This document shows positions 1 to 9,691 of a DNA stretch of 64,000 bases, one piece after another. The stretch's first letter is position 1. Each line of letters begins with the position of its first letter. The DNA is from an uncultured Candidatus Saccharibacteria bacterium (GTDB lineage Bacteria; Patescibacteriota; Minisyncoccia; Phycocordibacterales; Phycocordibacteraceae), in assembly GCA_964593365.1 (NCBI GenBank), contig CAZQGQ010000001.1:244585-308584 (forward strand), given 5' to 3'. The notes beneath the pieces are model-generated. The model was given only the letters and a program-made list of their open reading frames with translations. It did no database searches and was not told the origin of the DNA. The position numbers were made by a program, and so were the translations under genes.

Positions 1-431
1 GTCCCAAAACTCGTCATCTTATTGCAGCCCTGATTGCGCTCTTAACGATAGTCGCATTCCTTACCTATATGGTAGACGCACCGGCAACAGAAACGCCGAC
101 AGAGCAAACGTTCTCGTTTGAGGTAGCGGATACGACTGCTGAGCGTGAGCAAGGACTTTCCGGAAGGGAGAGCGTCCCGCAAGACGGCATGCTGTTTATA
201 TTCCCAGAGAAAGGGAACTACGGCTTTTGGATGAAAGACATGCTCATTCCAATCGATATGATCTGGATTGCAGATGACGGGACCGTCGTTGACGTTGATC
301 GGAACGTTCTCCCGGAAACGTATCCGAAAGCATTCCATCCGTCAGAGCCTGTCCGCTATGTGCTTGAAACAGAAGCAGGAGACGCGGATCGCCGGGGGTG
401 GATTGAAGGCGCACAGGTTCCTCTCCCTTAG
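1..431 (+). CDS. DUF192-family protein, 5'-partial, with N-terminal TM segment running off the window
   Basis: The frame is open from base 3 and encodes a hydrophobic helix (LIAALIALLTIVAFL) followed by the FEVADT..GLSGRE..MLFIF..MKDMLIPIDMIWI motif typical of DUF192/COG1430. Confidence 0.55.
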   Translation, partial: PKTRHLIAALIALLTIVAFLTYMVDAPATETPTEQTFSFEVADTTAEREQGLSGRESVPQDGMLFIFPEKGNYGFWMKDMLIPIDMIWIADDGTVVDVDRNVLPETYPKAFHPSEPVRYVLETEAGDADRRGWIEGAQVPLP

Positions 432-437
432 GTTTCG

Positions 438-446
438 TGGTATAAT
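438..446 (+). promoter_or_regulatory. extended -10 element (TGgTATAAT), probable rnpB promoter
   Basis: An exact TATAAT preceded by TGg lies about 8 nt upstream of the predicted RNase P RNA 5' end. Confidence 0.4.
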
Positions 447-453
447 TGGTCTC

Positions 454-782
454 GGACCGGTTCATACGGTCGCTGTCTAGCTTGCTAGACAGAGGAAAGT
501 CCGAACACAGGCAAGCGAAAGTTTGCAGACAGGTAGCGGGTAACGCCCGTCCGCCGCAAGGCGCGAGGTGCGAGCAGAGACGTCAAAGGCGAAAGCCGGA
601 GACATCCTTATGGGATGAGTTTCGTCGAAAGGCGAAAGTGAAACGGCAAAATCCTTACCCCTGTGCAAGGCCGTGCCCTTCGGGGAGCGCCGCTTGAGGG
701 CGTTGGCAACAACGCTCCCAGATAGATGGCCGTACGAAGCTTCATGCTTCTGACAGAATTCGGCTTACCGAACCGGTTCGCA
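454..782 (+). ncRNA. rnpB: RNase P RNA (bacterial type A-like)
   Basis: Conserved RNase P RNA blocks are present in order on the + strand: GAGGAAAGTCCGAACAC (P4 5' side), AAGTGAAACGGCA, GATAGATGGCCG, ACAGAATTCGGCTTAC (P4 3' side). A 5'/3' P1 pairing is possible (GGACCGGTTC with GAACCGGTTCG). No ORF is required in this region. An extended -10 (TGgTATAAT) lies at 438-446, just upstream. Confidence 0.75.
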
Positions 783-790
783 AATCATCA

Positions 791-816
791 CAAGACCCGC
801 CGTAAGGTGGGTCTTG
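791..816 (+). terminator. stem-loop after rnpB (CAAGACCC..GGGTCTTG)
   Basis: An 8-bp inverted repeat with a 10-nt loop lies immediately 3' of the RNase P RNA. There is no strong U-tract. Confidence 0.4.
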
Positions 817-902
817 TGCGTCTTATCCCCGAGACAAGAGGTCGGTCCGCCGGTTCCTGTTATACTTTCTAGTATTACAAAACCTAGTAGTTACTTACGT
901 GT

Positions 903-3314
903 ATGAGCGAACAGACATCAGCTGCCAAGGGACGTTTCTCATTTGATAGCGGGGCGGTCTGGATCATCTCGCTGACCGCTCTTCTGTCGCTCGTAGCCTA
1001 TATCCCTGGAAACTCTGTTTCCTTGTTTGGGACTAAGGTTACCGTGCTTTTTGTCGGCGTCTTCCTTGCTCTCATCGCGTTTGTCATTGCGCGCCTTATT
1101 AAAGGAAGCATCGTCATCCCGCCGCTCGCGCTTCTTGGTGCGCTGTGGTTCGTGCCGATCGCTTACCTTCTTTCAACGCTGTTTTCAGGAGCAAACCCGC
1201 TCCATGCGCTCTTTGGAACTGAATTTGAAACAGATACGTTTGGATTTACGCTTTTGCTTGCGCTCCTTGCAACGCTAAGCGCGCTTATTTTCCGCAAATC
1301 GCACGAGTACCTGCGCCTCTTCTGGCTTATTGGCATCGGACTCGCTATTGCTGTTGTCGCACAGATCGCATTCATCGTCGTCGGACGAACGGTTCCTGGA
1401 CTCGTGTCTCCAGCAGACAATCTTGTCGGAAGCTTCTCTGATGTCGGGATGCTTGCCGGACTCGCGGTTGTCTTGTCTTTGATGGCGCTTCGGTTCTTCA
1501 CTCATACCCGCAATGCGCAGATCGGGTTCTGGGCGCTCATTGTCGTCTCGTTCTTCCTGCTTGCGCTTGTTAACTCCGCGCTCAACTTCATCCTGGTCGG
1601 ACTGATGGCGCTCGGGCTCTTTATCGAAGGGATGATGCGTCGCCGCACAACGGCAGACGATGCTGACCTTGAGGGAGTATCGCAGTTTGCAGCTGAGACT
1701 GAAGACGCTCCTACGCCAGCAAGCTCTCGCTTCATCGCAGCGCCGCTCGTCGTATTGCTCGTCAGCATCTTCTTGCTCCTTGGCGGGGCAGTGATAGGGA
1801 ATCTCCTTGCAACGGTGTCGGGCGTCAACGTGATTGACGTGCGTCCGTCCTGGAGCTCTACCTTTGATATCGGAAGCCACGTCTACGCATCCTCTCCGTT
1901 GTTTGGATCAGGACCAGGAACTTTCAGCGAGCAGTGGCTCCAGTTCCGCGACCGCTCCCTTAACGACACCATCTTCTGGAACGTCGACTTCGGTTCGGGC
2001 ATCGGCCACATCCCAACGTCCTTCGTCACCACCGGTGCGATCGGCGTGCTTGCCTGGCTTGCCTTCCTTGGCCTCTTCTTCTTCATCGGGCTTCGCACTT
2101 TCCTCTTCCGGCTTCCGGTAGATCCGTTTGTCCGGTTCGCCTCTCTCGTCTCGTTCGGAGGCGCAGCCTTCGTTCTCGCGCTTGCCTTCTTCGCAACGCC
2201 AGGACCGGTGGTGCTCGCGCTCGGGTTCATATTGCTCGGCGTATTCGTCTCAACGCTTCGCTACAGCAAGGACCGCCCTGAGTGGGGAATCGTCTTCTCG
2301 CGCAGCCCGCGTCTCGGTTTTGTGATCGTATTCTTGATGACGCTTCTCATGCTCGCGTCAGTCGGAGCTGGATTCCTCGTTATCGAGCGCTACGTTGCAA
2401 ACGCAGCATACGGCTCTTCCTTCCGCTCGCTTTCAGCAGGGAACATTGATGCGGCCGCCGAGCACATTAGCCGCTCCATCACCTACGCTCCAACAGACCG
2501 CGCGTATCGGCTTGCGGCGACCGTTGGCATCGCGCGCATGCGCGCCATTGCGGGCGACCAGACTCTGCCTGCAAGCGTTGCTCAGCAGCAGTTCCAAGGA
2601 GCGCTCTCCGCTTCAATTGGAGCGGGGCTTGAAGCAACTCGCGTCCAACCAAACGACTACCAGAACTGGGTGGTGCTCGGTAACGTCTACCAGAGCGCAG
2701 CGTCTCTTAAGATCGTCGGAGCCTACGCAGAAGCCAAGGCCGCATATGACCGCGCGCTTACCTTGAATCCTTCAAGTCCGGTGATTCCGTACGTGCTTGC
2801 ACAGCTTGAGATCCTTGAAAGCAACACCGTTGCTGCAGAGGAATATCTCTTGGCTTCCGTAAGCTTGAAGCGCGACTACATCCCTGCCATCCTCCTGCTT
2901 TCCCAGTTGAAGGTGCAGACCGGAGAAGCTCGCGAAGCGCTTGAAGCTGCAGAAGCTGCAGCGTATCTGGCACCAAACGATCCATCCGTATTGCTTTCGG
3001 TCGGACTCCTTCGCCTTGGCATCGGAGACCGAGACGGAGCAATCGCGGCGCTTTCGCGCGCGATCGAACTCAATCCGCAGTACGCGAACGCTCGATTCTT
3101 CCTCGCTGCTATCTACGGAAATATGGGACGCACGGCAGAATCTCTTGCCGAGCTTCGCACTATCGCTGCCATGTCTCCGGAAAACGCGCAGGCGCTCACC
3201 GCTGACATTGAGGCGCTTGAGAAAGGCACCAACCCATTCCCACTCGCACGCCTCCGCTCACTTGGCATCCCACAGCCGCCAGTCGTCGAGCCAAACGCCC
3301 AGACGGCGCAATAA
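903..3314 (+). CDS. polytopic membrane protein with O-antigen ligase (Wzy_C)-like core and C-terminal TPR repeats
   Basis: There are more than 10 predicted TM helices. The motif YASSPLFGSGPGTF is typical of O-antigen ligase/Wzy_C. The C-terminal 250 aa carries repeated TPR-like A..Y..AL..NP units. Confidence 0.65.
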   Translation: MSEQTSAAKGRFSFDSGAVWIISLTALLSLVAYIPGNSVSLFGTKVTVLFVGVFLALIAFVIARLIKGSIVIPPLALLGALWFVPIAYLLSTLFSGANPLHALFGTEFETDTFGFTLLLALLATLSALIFRKSHEYLRLFWLIGIGLAIAVVAQIAFIVVGRTVPGLVSPADNLVGSFSDVGMLAGLAVVLSLMALRFFTHTRNAQIGFWALIVVSFFLLALVNSALNFILVGLMALGLFIEGMMRRRTTADDADLEGVSQFAAETEDAPTPASSRFIAAPLVVLLVSIFLLLGGAVIGNLLATVSGVNVIDVRPSWSSTFDIGSHVYASSPLFGSGPGTFSEQWLQFRDRSLNDTIFWNVDFGSGIGHIPTSFVTTGAIGVLAWLAFLGLFFFIGLRTFLFRLPVDPFVRFASLVSFGGAAFVLALAFFATPGPVVLALGFILLGVFVSTLRYSKDRPEWGIVFSRSPRLGFVIVFLMTLLMLASVGAGFLVIERYVANAAYGSSFRSLSAGNIDAAAEHISRSITYAPTDRAYRLAATVGIARMRAIAGDQTLPASVAQQQFQGALSASIGAGLEATRVQPNDYQNWVVLGNVYQSAASLKIVGAYAEAKAAYDRALTLNPSSPVIPYVLAQLEILESNTVAAEEYLLASVSLKRDYIPAILLLSQLKVQTGEAREALEAAEAAAYLAPNDPSVLLSVGLLRLGIGDRDGAIAALSRAIELNPQYANARFFLAAIYGNMGRTAESLAELRTIAAMSPENAQALTADIEALEKGTNPFPLARLRSLGIPQPPVVEPNAQTAQ

Positions 3315-3317
3315 CCA

Positions 3318-5000
3318 ATGGTTCAGGGGATTCTTCGCACGCTTGGAGCTTCGGTACGCGGCCTTCATCAGGCCGCGTATCTCTTGGCTGCGCTCACCCT
3401 TGCTGCGCAGATTCTCGCGCTCTTGCGCGACCGAATCTTCGCCCACGCCTTTGGTGCAGGCGAGACGCTCGACCTCTATTACGCGGCGTTCCGCGTTCCT
3501 GATCTCGTGTTTGCGATTGTCGCGTCCTTGGTCTCCGCATACGTCCTGATCCCGCATATTGCAGGCGCGAACAAAGCAGAGACACGTCGGCTCCTCTCGA
3601 ACGCTGCGACCTTCCTCGTCGTGTCAGGCGGACTCGCAAGCATTGTCTTGTACGCGTATATGCCGCAGCTCCTTACATTCTTGTTCCCGAGCCTCATGCA
3701 CGGAGACCGTGCGGCGGAGTTCATCTCGCTCTCGCGCATTTTGCTGTTGCAGCCTTTGCTCCTCGGACTTTCCGGAATCCTCGCAAGCGTCACGCAGGTG
3801 AGCCGCAGGTTCATGCTTTTTGCGCTCTCCCCGGTTCTCTACAACCTAGGCATCATTATCGGCGTCGTGTTTTTCTATCCCGTGTACGGGCTTGAGGGCG
3901 TTGGCGCAGGTGTTGTCCTTGGAAGCCTCGCACATCTTGCTATCCATATTCCGGTGGTACGTGCGTTTGGCACCATGCCGCGACCGACAATCCCATCATG
4001 GAAAGAGCTCTGGCCTATCATCAAAGAGTCAGTGCCTCGCTCGCTCGCGCTTGGACTAGGCGCTGTGACGACGCTCTTGCTTGCAACCTTTGCGGCCCGA
4101 ACAGGCGAGGGAAGCCTTGCGGTATTCACGCTTGCCGGGAACCTCGAAGCAGTCCCGCTTGCGCTTGTCGGTGCCTCCTATGCAACGGCAGCGTTTCCGG
4201 TTCTTGCCGAGGAAGCAAACGGAAAGCGAAATGATGCGTTTAAAGCAACGCTGCTTGCGGCAGCGCGGCATCTCCTGTTTTGGTCGGCGGTCATCTCGGT
4301 CCTTACGATCGTGCTTCGCGCGCACATCGTCCGAACCTTGCTTGGTACGGGCGCGTTCGATTGGGACGCTACCCGCCTTACCGCAGCCCTTATTGCCGTC
4401 CTTGTCATAGGTCTTGCAGCGCAGTGTTTTACGTTGCTTGCGTCGCGCGCTTTCTACGCTTCCCAGCGCTCATGGAACCCGCTCATGATCCAGCTGATCG
4501 GCATCATCGTCTCTGTCGGGACTGCAGCCGGAGCGCTCATGCTCTCTCAGGGTAGTCCGGAGTTCCGCTACTTCGTCGAGGCTTTGCTTCGCATCGAGGA
4601 CGTTCCCGGTTCTTCCGTCGTCTTCATCGCGCTTGGCGCGACAGTCGGACAGCTCTTCATGGGCATCATCGCGCTCCTTACTCTTGGCCAAGTAGCTCCT
4701 GGCGTTGCGAAGCTTTTAGGGCGTCCACTGTTTGAGGGAGCTGGGGCGGGCATCGTGGGAGGCGCCTGCGCGTATATCGTTCTCTTTCTCATGGGAAATA
4801 TCGCTCCGTTGACCACATTGCTCGCGGTCTTCACGCAGGGCCTTGTCGCTGGTATCGTGGGTCTTGCGGCGTCAGTGGCAGTTCTCATCATGCTTGAGAA
4901 CAAGGAATTCCATGAGGTCTACGGTGCTTTGAAGCGCCTCACCTCCTCTCGTGCGCTCCCTGCCTTTGACCCTGCTCCTCATGACCGAACGGATACGTAA
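3318..5000 (+). CDS. murJ: lipid II flippase MurJ/MviN
   Basis: N-terminus ...LALLRDRIFAHAFGAGETLDLYYAAFRVPDLVF... plus about 14 TM helices, a typical MurJ signature. Confidence 0.85.
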   Translation: MVQGILRTLGASVRGLHQAAYLLAALTLAAQILALLRDRIFAHAFGAGETLDLYYAAFRVPDLVFAIVASLVSAYVLIPHIAGANKAETRRLLSNAATFLVVSGGLASIVLYAYMPQLLTFLFPSLMHGDRAAEFISLSRILLLQPLLLGLSGILASVTQVSRRFMLFALSPVLYNLGIIIGVVFFYPVYGLEGVGAGVVLGSLAHLAIHIPVVRAFGTMPRPTIPSWKELWPIIKESVPRSLALGLGAVTTLLLATFAARTGEGSLAVFTLAGNLEAVPLALVGASYATAAFPVLAEEANGKRNDAFKATLLAAARHLLFWSAVISVLTIVLRAHIVRTLLGTGAFDWDATRLTAALIAVLVIGLAAQCFTLLASRAFYASQRSWNPLMIQLIGIIVSVGTAAGALMLSQGSPEFRYFVEALLRIEDVPGSSVVFIALGATVGQLFMGIIALLTLGQVAPGVAKLLGRPLFEGAGAGIVGGACAYIVLFLMGNIAPLTTLLAVFTQGLVAGIVGLAASVAVLIMLENKEFHEVYGALKRLTSSRALPAFDPAPHDRTDT

Positions 5001-6780
5001 CTTCAGCATCATTGCTCACATCGATCACGGCAAGTCCACACTTGCCGATCGTTTGCTTGAACGAACGGGCACCATCGAGGCGCGCAAGATGCGCGATCAG
5101 GTTCTCGACAAGATGGATCTTGAGCGCGAGCGCGGCATCACGATCAAGATGCAGCCAGCTCGCATGAACTATAAGGGCAAGGACGGTACTGACTATATTT
5201 TGAACCTGATCGATACTCCGGGCCATATCGACTTTGCGTACGAAGTGTCACGAGCTCTCTCTGCCGTTGAAGGAGTGCTCTTGCTTGTCGACTCAACCCA
5301 GGGCGTGCAGGCGCAAACCCTCACGACCCTTGGCATGGCCAAGTCCGCCGGCTGCGTCATCATCCCCGTCATTTCGAAAGTCGACTCTCCGTACGCGCGT
5401 CCTGATGAGGTGCGTGCTGAGCTCGCGAAGCTCCTGAACGTATCTGAGAGCACTGTGCTTGCGGTCTCCGGACGAACAGGAGAGGGCGTCGAAGCCTTGC
5501 TTGAGGAGATCGTCACGATAGTGCCTCCGCCTCGCCAGGCAGAAGCAGCCGAAGCGCGCGTCACCGTGTTTGATTTTTCATACTCGACCCATCGAGGCAT
5601 CGCGGTGTTCGTGCGCGTCTTTGACGGATCAGTGAAGAAGGGAGATCTGCTTGAGTTTCGTGCAGCTGGAAAGAAGTTCTCCGCTCTTGAAGTCGGGATC
5701 TTCACGCCAGACGAGACACCAGTGCAAACGCTTGGTCCCGGAGAAATCGGCTACATCGTCACAGGCGTCAAAGAGCCAGGCGTCGTCGCTGTTGGAGACA
5801 CGGTCGGCATTCAAAACGGAAAGCTCCCAGCGCTTCCAGGCTTTGCTCGCCCTCGCCCTGTGGTGTGGGCCTCCGTCTACCCTGAAGGCCAGGATGACCT
5901 TGCTGACCTTCGCATGGCGCTCGAGCGCCTTCGTCTGACCGACTCCTCACTCTCTTTTGAAGAGGAATCATCGGGAGTCTTGGGCCGCGGGTTCCGCTGC
6001 GGGTTCCTCGGCATGCTCCACTTGGAGATTATTACCGAGCGTCTGCGACGCGAGTTCACGCTCCAGCTCGTGGTTACCATCCCGACCATTGAGTACGTAG
6101 TGACCGATACGCACGGGAAGACCGAGACCGTGTACACGCCATCGAAGTTTCCTGCCTACGGAGACGTGCAATCAATCGAAGAGCCATGGTCGAACGTCAT
6201 CCTCATCACGCCCCCTGACTCTCTTTCAGGACTTCTGCAGCTCCTCCATGACCATGAGGCGATTGTCGGAGACACACATGCCTATGCGGACGGACGCATC
6301 GAGCTCTCTGCCGAGATGCCGCTTCGCGAGCTCATGCGCGGATTCTTCGACCGCGTGAAAAACGTATCGTCAGGCTACGCCTCGTTGTCCTACGAGCTCC
6401 TTCCAACGCGCCCGGCTGACGTCGTGAAGCTCGACATTCTCGTTGCCGAGGAAGAGGTGCCAGCCTTCGCGCGCATCATCTCCCGTAGGCGCGTCGTGGA
6501 AGAAGGTGAGCGCATGGTTGAGAAGTTGCATACCATCCTCCCGCGCCAGCTCCAGGTAACGAAGATCCAGGCACAGGCGCTTGGCCGCATCGTCTCCTCG
6601 AAGACCCTGTCTGCGCTTCGCAAGGACGTGACGGGCTATCTCTACGGAGGCGACGTGACGCGCAGGAAGAAATTGCTTGAGAAGCAGAAGAAAGGCAAGA
6701 AGCATCGCGCGGCGTACGGCGCTCGCGTGGATATTCCGGAAGAGGTCTTTATGAAGATGGTCCAGGATTCCGATCGCTAA
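4981..6780 (+). CDS. lepA: elongation factor 4 (LepA)
   Basis: G-domain NFSIIAHIDHGKSTLADRLL, DTPGHIDF and the LepA-specific C-terminus. The start was chosen at ATG 4981 (MTERIRNF), overlapping the murJ end by 20 nt; the ORF-track start at 4951 is less likely. Confidence 0.9.
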   Translation: MTERIRNFSIIAHIDHGKSTLADRLLERTGTIEARKMRDQVLDKMDLERERGITIKMQPARMNYKGKDGTDYILNLIDTPGHIDFAYEVSRALSAVEGVLLLVDSTQGVQAQTLTTLGMAKSAGCVIIPVISKVDSPYARPDEVRAELAKLLNVSESTVLAVSGRTGEGVEALLEEIVTIVPPPRQAEAAEARVTVFDFSYSTHRGIAVFVRVFDGSVKKGDLLEFRAAGKKFSALEVGIFTPDETPVQTLGPGEIGYIVTGVKEPGVVAVGDTVGIQNGKLPALPGFARPRPVVWASVYPEGQDDLADLRMALERLRLTDSSLSFEEESSGVLGRGFRCGFLGMLHLEIITERLRREFTLQLVVTIPTIEYVVTDTHGKTETVYTPSKFPAYGDVQSIEEPWSNVILITPPDSLSGLLQLLHDHEAIVGDTHAYADGRIELSAEMPLRELMRGFFDRVKNVSSGYASLSYELLPTRPADVVKLDILVAEEEVPAFARIISRRRVVEEGERMVEKLHTILPRQLQVTKIQAQALGRIVSSKTLSALRKDVTGYLYGGDVTRRKKLLEKQKKGKKHRAAYGARVDIPEEVFMKMVQDSDR

Positions 6781-6796
6781 AGTATACTGAGGGAGT

Positions 6797-7153
6797 ATGC
6801 GAAGCAGACGCCGTCCCATTGATCCCAAACAGGCACTCGCTGCGGCAGGCCTTATCCTCCTTCTGGTCTGGCTGCTCTATCTTGTCTGGGGCATCTTAGG
6901 CAAAGAGGAGATCGCTCGAAATGCTTCTGCAGACGCTAAGCGCGAGCTTGTGGCGCTTGCGTCTCGAGAAGAGACCCTAAATCACAATCTCGCCGAGCTT
7001 TCGACCGAACGGGGCCGGGAAGCATCCTTGCGCGAGACCTACGGCGTTGCGCGGGCAGGCGAAGAAGTTATTATCGTGGTGCCACCCCAAGAAGGAGAGA
7101 AGCTTGAGAAGCTCTCCTGGTGGCGTAAGCTCATGGGCTTCTTCGGACTATGA
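6797..7153 (+). CDS. FtsB/DivIC-like septum formation initiator (single TM plus coiled coil)
   Basis: An N-terminal TM (LILLLVWLLYLVWGIL) is followed by a coiled coil (RELVALASREETLNHNLAELSTERGREASL), the architecture of the FtsB/FtsL family. Confidence 0.5.
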   Translation: MRSRRRPIDPKQALAAAGLILLLVWLLYLVWGILGKEEIARNASADAKRELVALASREETLNHNLAELSTERGREASLRETYGVARAGEEVIIVVPPQEGEKLEKLSWWRKLMGFFGL

Positions 7154-7156
7154 ATC

Positions 7157-7227
7157 GCGGATATAGTTTAGTGGTAGAACGGATGCTTCCCAAGCATCGG
7201 GCGGGAGTTCGATTCTCCCTATCCGCA
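7157..7227 (+). tRNA. tRNA-Gly (anticodon CCC)
   Basis: Cloverleaf with acceptor GCGGATA/TATCCGC and D-loop AGTTTAGTGGTAG. The anticodon stem GATGC/GCATC has loop TTCCCAA. T-loop TTCGATTC. Confidence 0.85.
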
Positions 7228-7229
7228 CT

Positions 7230-8132
7230 ATGACTCCTGAGTCTTCGATTAAGAAAATTATTGCAAGCTCAGAAGCTGAACGAGCGGAAGCAAAAGCCGC
7301 GGCAGAAGCTGCTTTCAAGAATCAAGAATTCATAGAAAGCATTGAACGAGAAAAGACAGATATCGATCGCCAGATTATTGCGATTGCAAACGAAGCAACA
7401 AACGAGGTGGTCGCACACTACGGAGGGACGCCTTGGGATATTCCTGAGCAAAATATCCATCTGGTTCCCGAAGATCGATGGAATAAATTAGGGCAGACAT
7501 CTGCAGGCTTTTACATGAGTGCAGCGCAAGCGATCGCCATGTGCTCCTATCCTCAGAAGATTGTCGCTGCTGCGATGACTTTTCACGAGATGCTCCACTT
7601 CAAGTGCTACAACATTCTCGAAACGCGAGACGGCAAGCTCACTAACTTCAAAACCGGCATTCAGACACGGACGCGCCCGGAAGGGGAACTCATATTTCGA
7701 GTCTTTAACGAAGCAACGGTCTCGCATTTAGAGCACCAGTTCGTAAAAACTCTTGAATCCATAGAGTTCTTTAAGGAGGAAGCGGAATTGACGCGAAAGC
7801 TCGTAGAGAAAAGCAAGATGCTTCAAAACATGTCTGGTCTTTACTATGCGGAAGAAAAAGCGCCGGGTGTCTATGTAACAGCGACTGACAAAGTCTATAT
7901 TCCAGAACGCGCGATACAGGACGCCCTCGTTCGCAAGCTACACGAGCGAGACCCAGCAGCCTTTCCTTCGCCGGAGGATGCGTTTGATCTCTTTGCCCGG
8001 GCGCTCTTTAAGCCTCAGTTGCTTGAACTCGGAAGAACAATCGACCAGGTATTTGGTGTTGGTACATTCAGGCACATGGCCTCTCTCGGCGATGACATGG
8101 AAGCCTTGGCTGCGTATATAGATTCTCTGTAG
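7230..8132 (+). CDS. hypothetical protein with HEMLH (HExxH) motif; possible zinc metallopeptidase-like
   Basis: 300-aa ORF starting 3 nt after tRNA-Gly. It is visibly AT-richer than its surroundings and contains FHEMLHF. No other recognisable family signature. Confidence 0.5.
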   Translation: MTPESSIKKIIASSEAERAEAKAAAEAAFKNQEFIESIEREKTDIDRQIIAIANEATNEVVAHYGGTPWDIPEQNIHLVPEDRWNKLGQTSAGFYMSAAQAIAMCSYPQKIVAAAMTFHEMLHFKCYNILETRDGKLTNFKTGIQTRTRPEGELIFRVFNEATVSHLEHQFVKTLESIEFFKEEAELTRKLVEKSKMLQNMSGLYYAEEKAPGVYVTATDKVYIPERAIQDALVRKLHERDPAAFPSPEDAFDLFARALFKPQLLELGRTIDQVFGVGTFRHMASLGDDMEALAAYIDSL

Positions 8133-8169
8133 ACATAAACGTTTGATTTAGCATTTTGCTGGTTTTTCT

Positions 8170-9228
8170 ATGCGTTTGTGGCATAGTGCTCTCATGACCA
8201 CCATCTTCTCAAAGGCCACCAGCGCCCTTCTTTTATTCGTCCTTATCGCTTCAAGTGCTCCGCTCGTAACGGAAGCCGCTTCTAAGCCAGCGATAAAGCT
8301 CACCGCACCGAGCGCCAAAAGCTCATTCGCAAAGAATGGCTCCGGCATCATCCCGATCGCTTGGGAAGCAAAGAATGTTCCAGACAAGACGCTCGTTATT
8401 GTCGAGCTAGCAAGCAAGAAACTAAAGAAAGGAGGTACCAATGGCGGAGGGTCATGGCAGTCCGTAGTTGCTGCTGGCAACAGCACCGGAAGCTACAACT
8501 GGGATATCGAAGGCGTCGGCCGACCAGACGCAGGTACGTATAAGGTCCGTGCCCTGCTTCAGGAATGCGTTTCAGGCGACTGCACGAAGAATCCATTCTT
8601 CCCTGGAGTAAAAAAGACGAAGACCTATGCCAAATCGAAGTGGGTCAACATCTCTATCACGACAAGCGGGCGAAACGAGAGCGACGAAGCGACTGAGGTC
8701 GTTGAGTCCCGAACGAACGGCCCGATCATGGTCTCGCTTACGCCAGTTGGCGGAATAGGAGATTCGCTCACCCTTAGCGCAAGCCAGAACGGCACGTTTA
8801 ATTACTATCCAAGCGGCGACGTCGTCTCCTGCACCGTTACGGGTAACTACGAGGGCGGCAAGCGAAAGGTGGAGCACGGCTGGAAGAACGCTATACAGCC
8901 GGGACAATACGGAACCGCAACGTTCAGCGCCGTTGCAGCCCACCCATTGAAGACGCTCCAATCGGTCGAGGTCGTATGCAAGAATGCCGCCTCAAAGGCA
9001 ACCGATACGGTCTCTGTCACGGTGACTGGATCTTCAGCTGAAGCTGACTATAAGATTCTCACTGGTAAGACCGGGAAAACGACCTTTAAGAAGGGAGAAG
9101 GTACCAAAGCTGACGCAGAAGCGTACTGCAAACAAGCGTACAATGACCCAAAGATCCACAAGAATACCCGCGTCCAGTGCTACTTTGACGGAGAACGGTT
9201 TGAGGACATCAAGGCCTTCAAGGGATAG
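8170..9228 (+). CDS. secreted hypothetical protein (signal peptide, Cys-containing, Gly/Thr-rich)
   Basis: N-terminal signal-like segment LLLFVLIASSAPLVTEAAS. Several Cys pairs. No recognisable catalytic motif. Confidence 0.55.
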   Translation: MRLWHSALMTTIFSKATSALLLFVLIASSAPLVTEAASKPAIKLTAPSAKSSFAKNGSGIIPIAWEAKNVPDKTLVIVELASKKLKKGGTNGGGSWQSVVAAGNSTGSYNWDIEGVGRPDAGTYKVRALLQECVSGDCTKNPFFPGVKKTKTYAKSKWVNISITTSGRNESDEATEVVESRTNGPIMVSLTPVGGIGDSLTLSASQNGTFNYYPSGDVVSCTVTGNYEGGKRKVEHGWKNAIQPGQYGTATFSAVAAHPLKTLQSVEVVCKNAASKATDTVSVTVTGSSAEADYKILTGKTGKTTFKKGEGTKADAEAYCKQAYNDPKIHKNTRVQCYFDGERFEDIKAFKG

Positions 9229-9281
9229 GTTTCCGCGAAAAGGGGAAATGTTATACTAGGAAGACATAACGAAGAATAACC

Positions 9282-9536
9282 ATGGATAAATCAGTCACCA
9301 TTTACACGACCCCGACCTGCCACTTCTGCCAGATGAGCAAGGAGTTCTTCAAGGCAAACAATGTCTCGTACACCGAGCATGACGTAGCGGCAGACGCTGC
9401 TATGCGCCAGGAAATGATCGACAAGAGCGGCCAGATGGGCGTTCCGGTCATCATGATCGGCAGCGAAATGATCGTCGGCTTTGACAAGAGGAGGCTCACC
9501 GAGCTTCTCGGGCTTGGCGAAGCGCCGGTCGTCTAA
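9282..9536 (+). CDS. glutaredoxin-like protein (NrdH/YruB-type, CxxC)
   Basis: 84 aa: TIYTTPTCHFCQMSKEFF...VPVIMIG, a thioredoxin-fold glutaredoxin-like signature with a CHFC active site. Confidence 0.8.
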   Translation: MDKSVTIYTTPTCHFCQMSKEFFKANNVSYTEHDVAADAAMRQEMIDKSGQMGVPVIMIGSEMIVGFDKRRLTELLGLGEAPVV

Positions 9537-9551
9537 CCACAGGCACCCGCA

Positions 9552-9581
9552 ACACCCCGCCGGCTCACGCTGGTGGGGTGT
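9552..9581 (+). terminator. stem-loop terminator (ACACCCCGCCGG..CTGGTGGGGTGT)
   Basis: A roughly 12-bp stem with G-U pairs and a 6-nt loop lies directly after the grx-like gene. Confidence 0.5.
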
Positions 9582-9600
9582 TGTGCTAGCATCGATGCAG

Positions 9601-9675
9601 GCCCTCGTAGTTCAATGGATAGAACGTCTCACTCCTAACGAGATAATGTAGGTTCGATTCCTGCCGAGGGCACCA
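9601..9675 (+). tRNA. tRNA-Arg (anticodon CCT), CCA encoded
   Basis: Acceptor GCCCTCG/CGAGGGC, D-arm GTTC-AATGGATA-GAAC, anticodon loop CTCCTAA, T-loop TTCGATTC, 3' ACCA. There is one A:C mismatch at the loop-closing pair. Confidence 0.75.
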
Positions 9676-9691
9676 GTGATATACTTCCCAT

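Noticed and set aside
1275-1880. 201-aa minus-strand ORF inside the O-antigen-ligase-like gene
   Set aside because: It is antisense to a long, well-supported membrane-protein ORF. Its highly charged, repetitive translation is typical of the antisense frame of a GC-rich gene.
4951-4980. Upstream start of lepA at 4951
   Set aside because: LepA homologs begin close to the G-domain. The ATG at 4981 (MTERIRNFSIIAHIDHGKST) gives the expected N-terminus and a shorter overlap with murJ.
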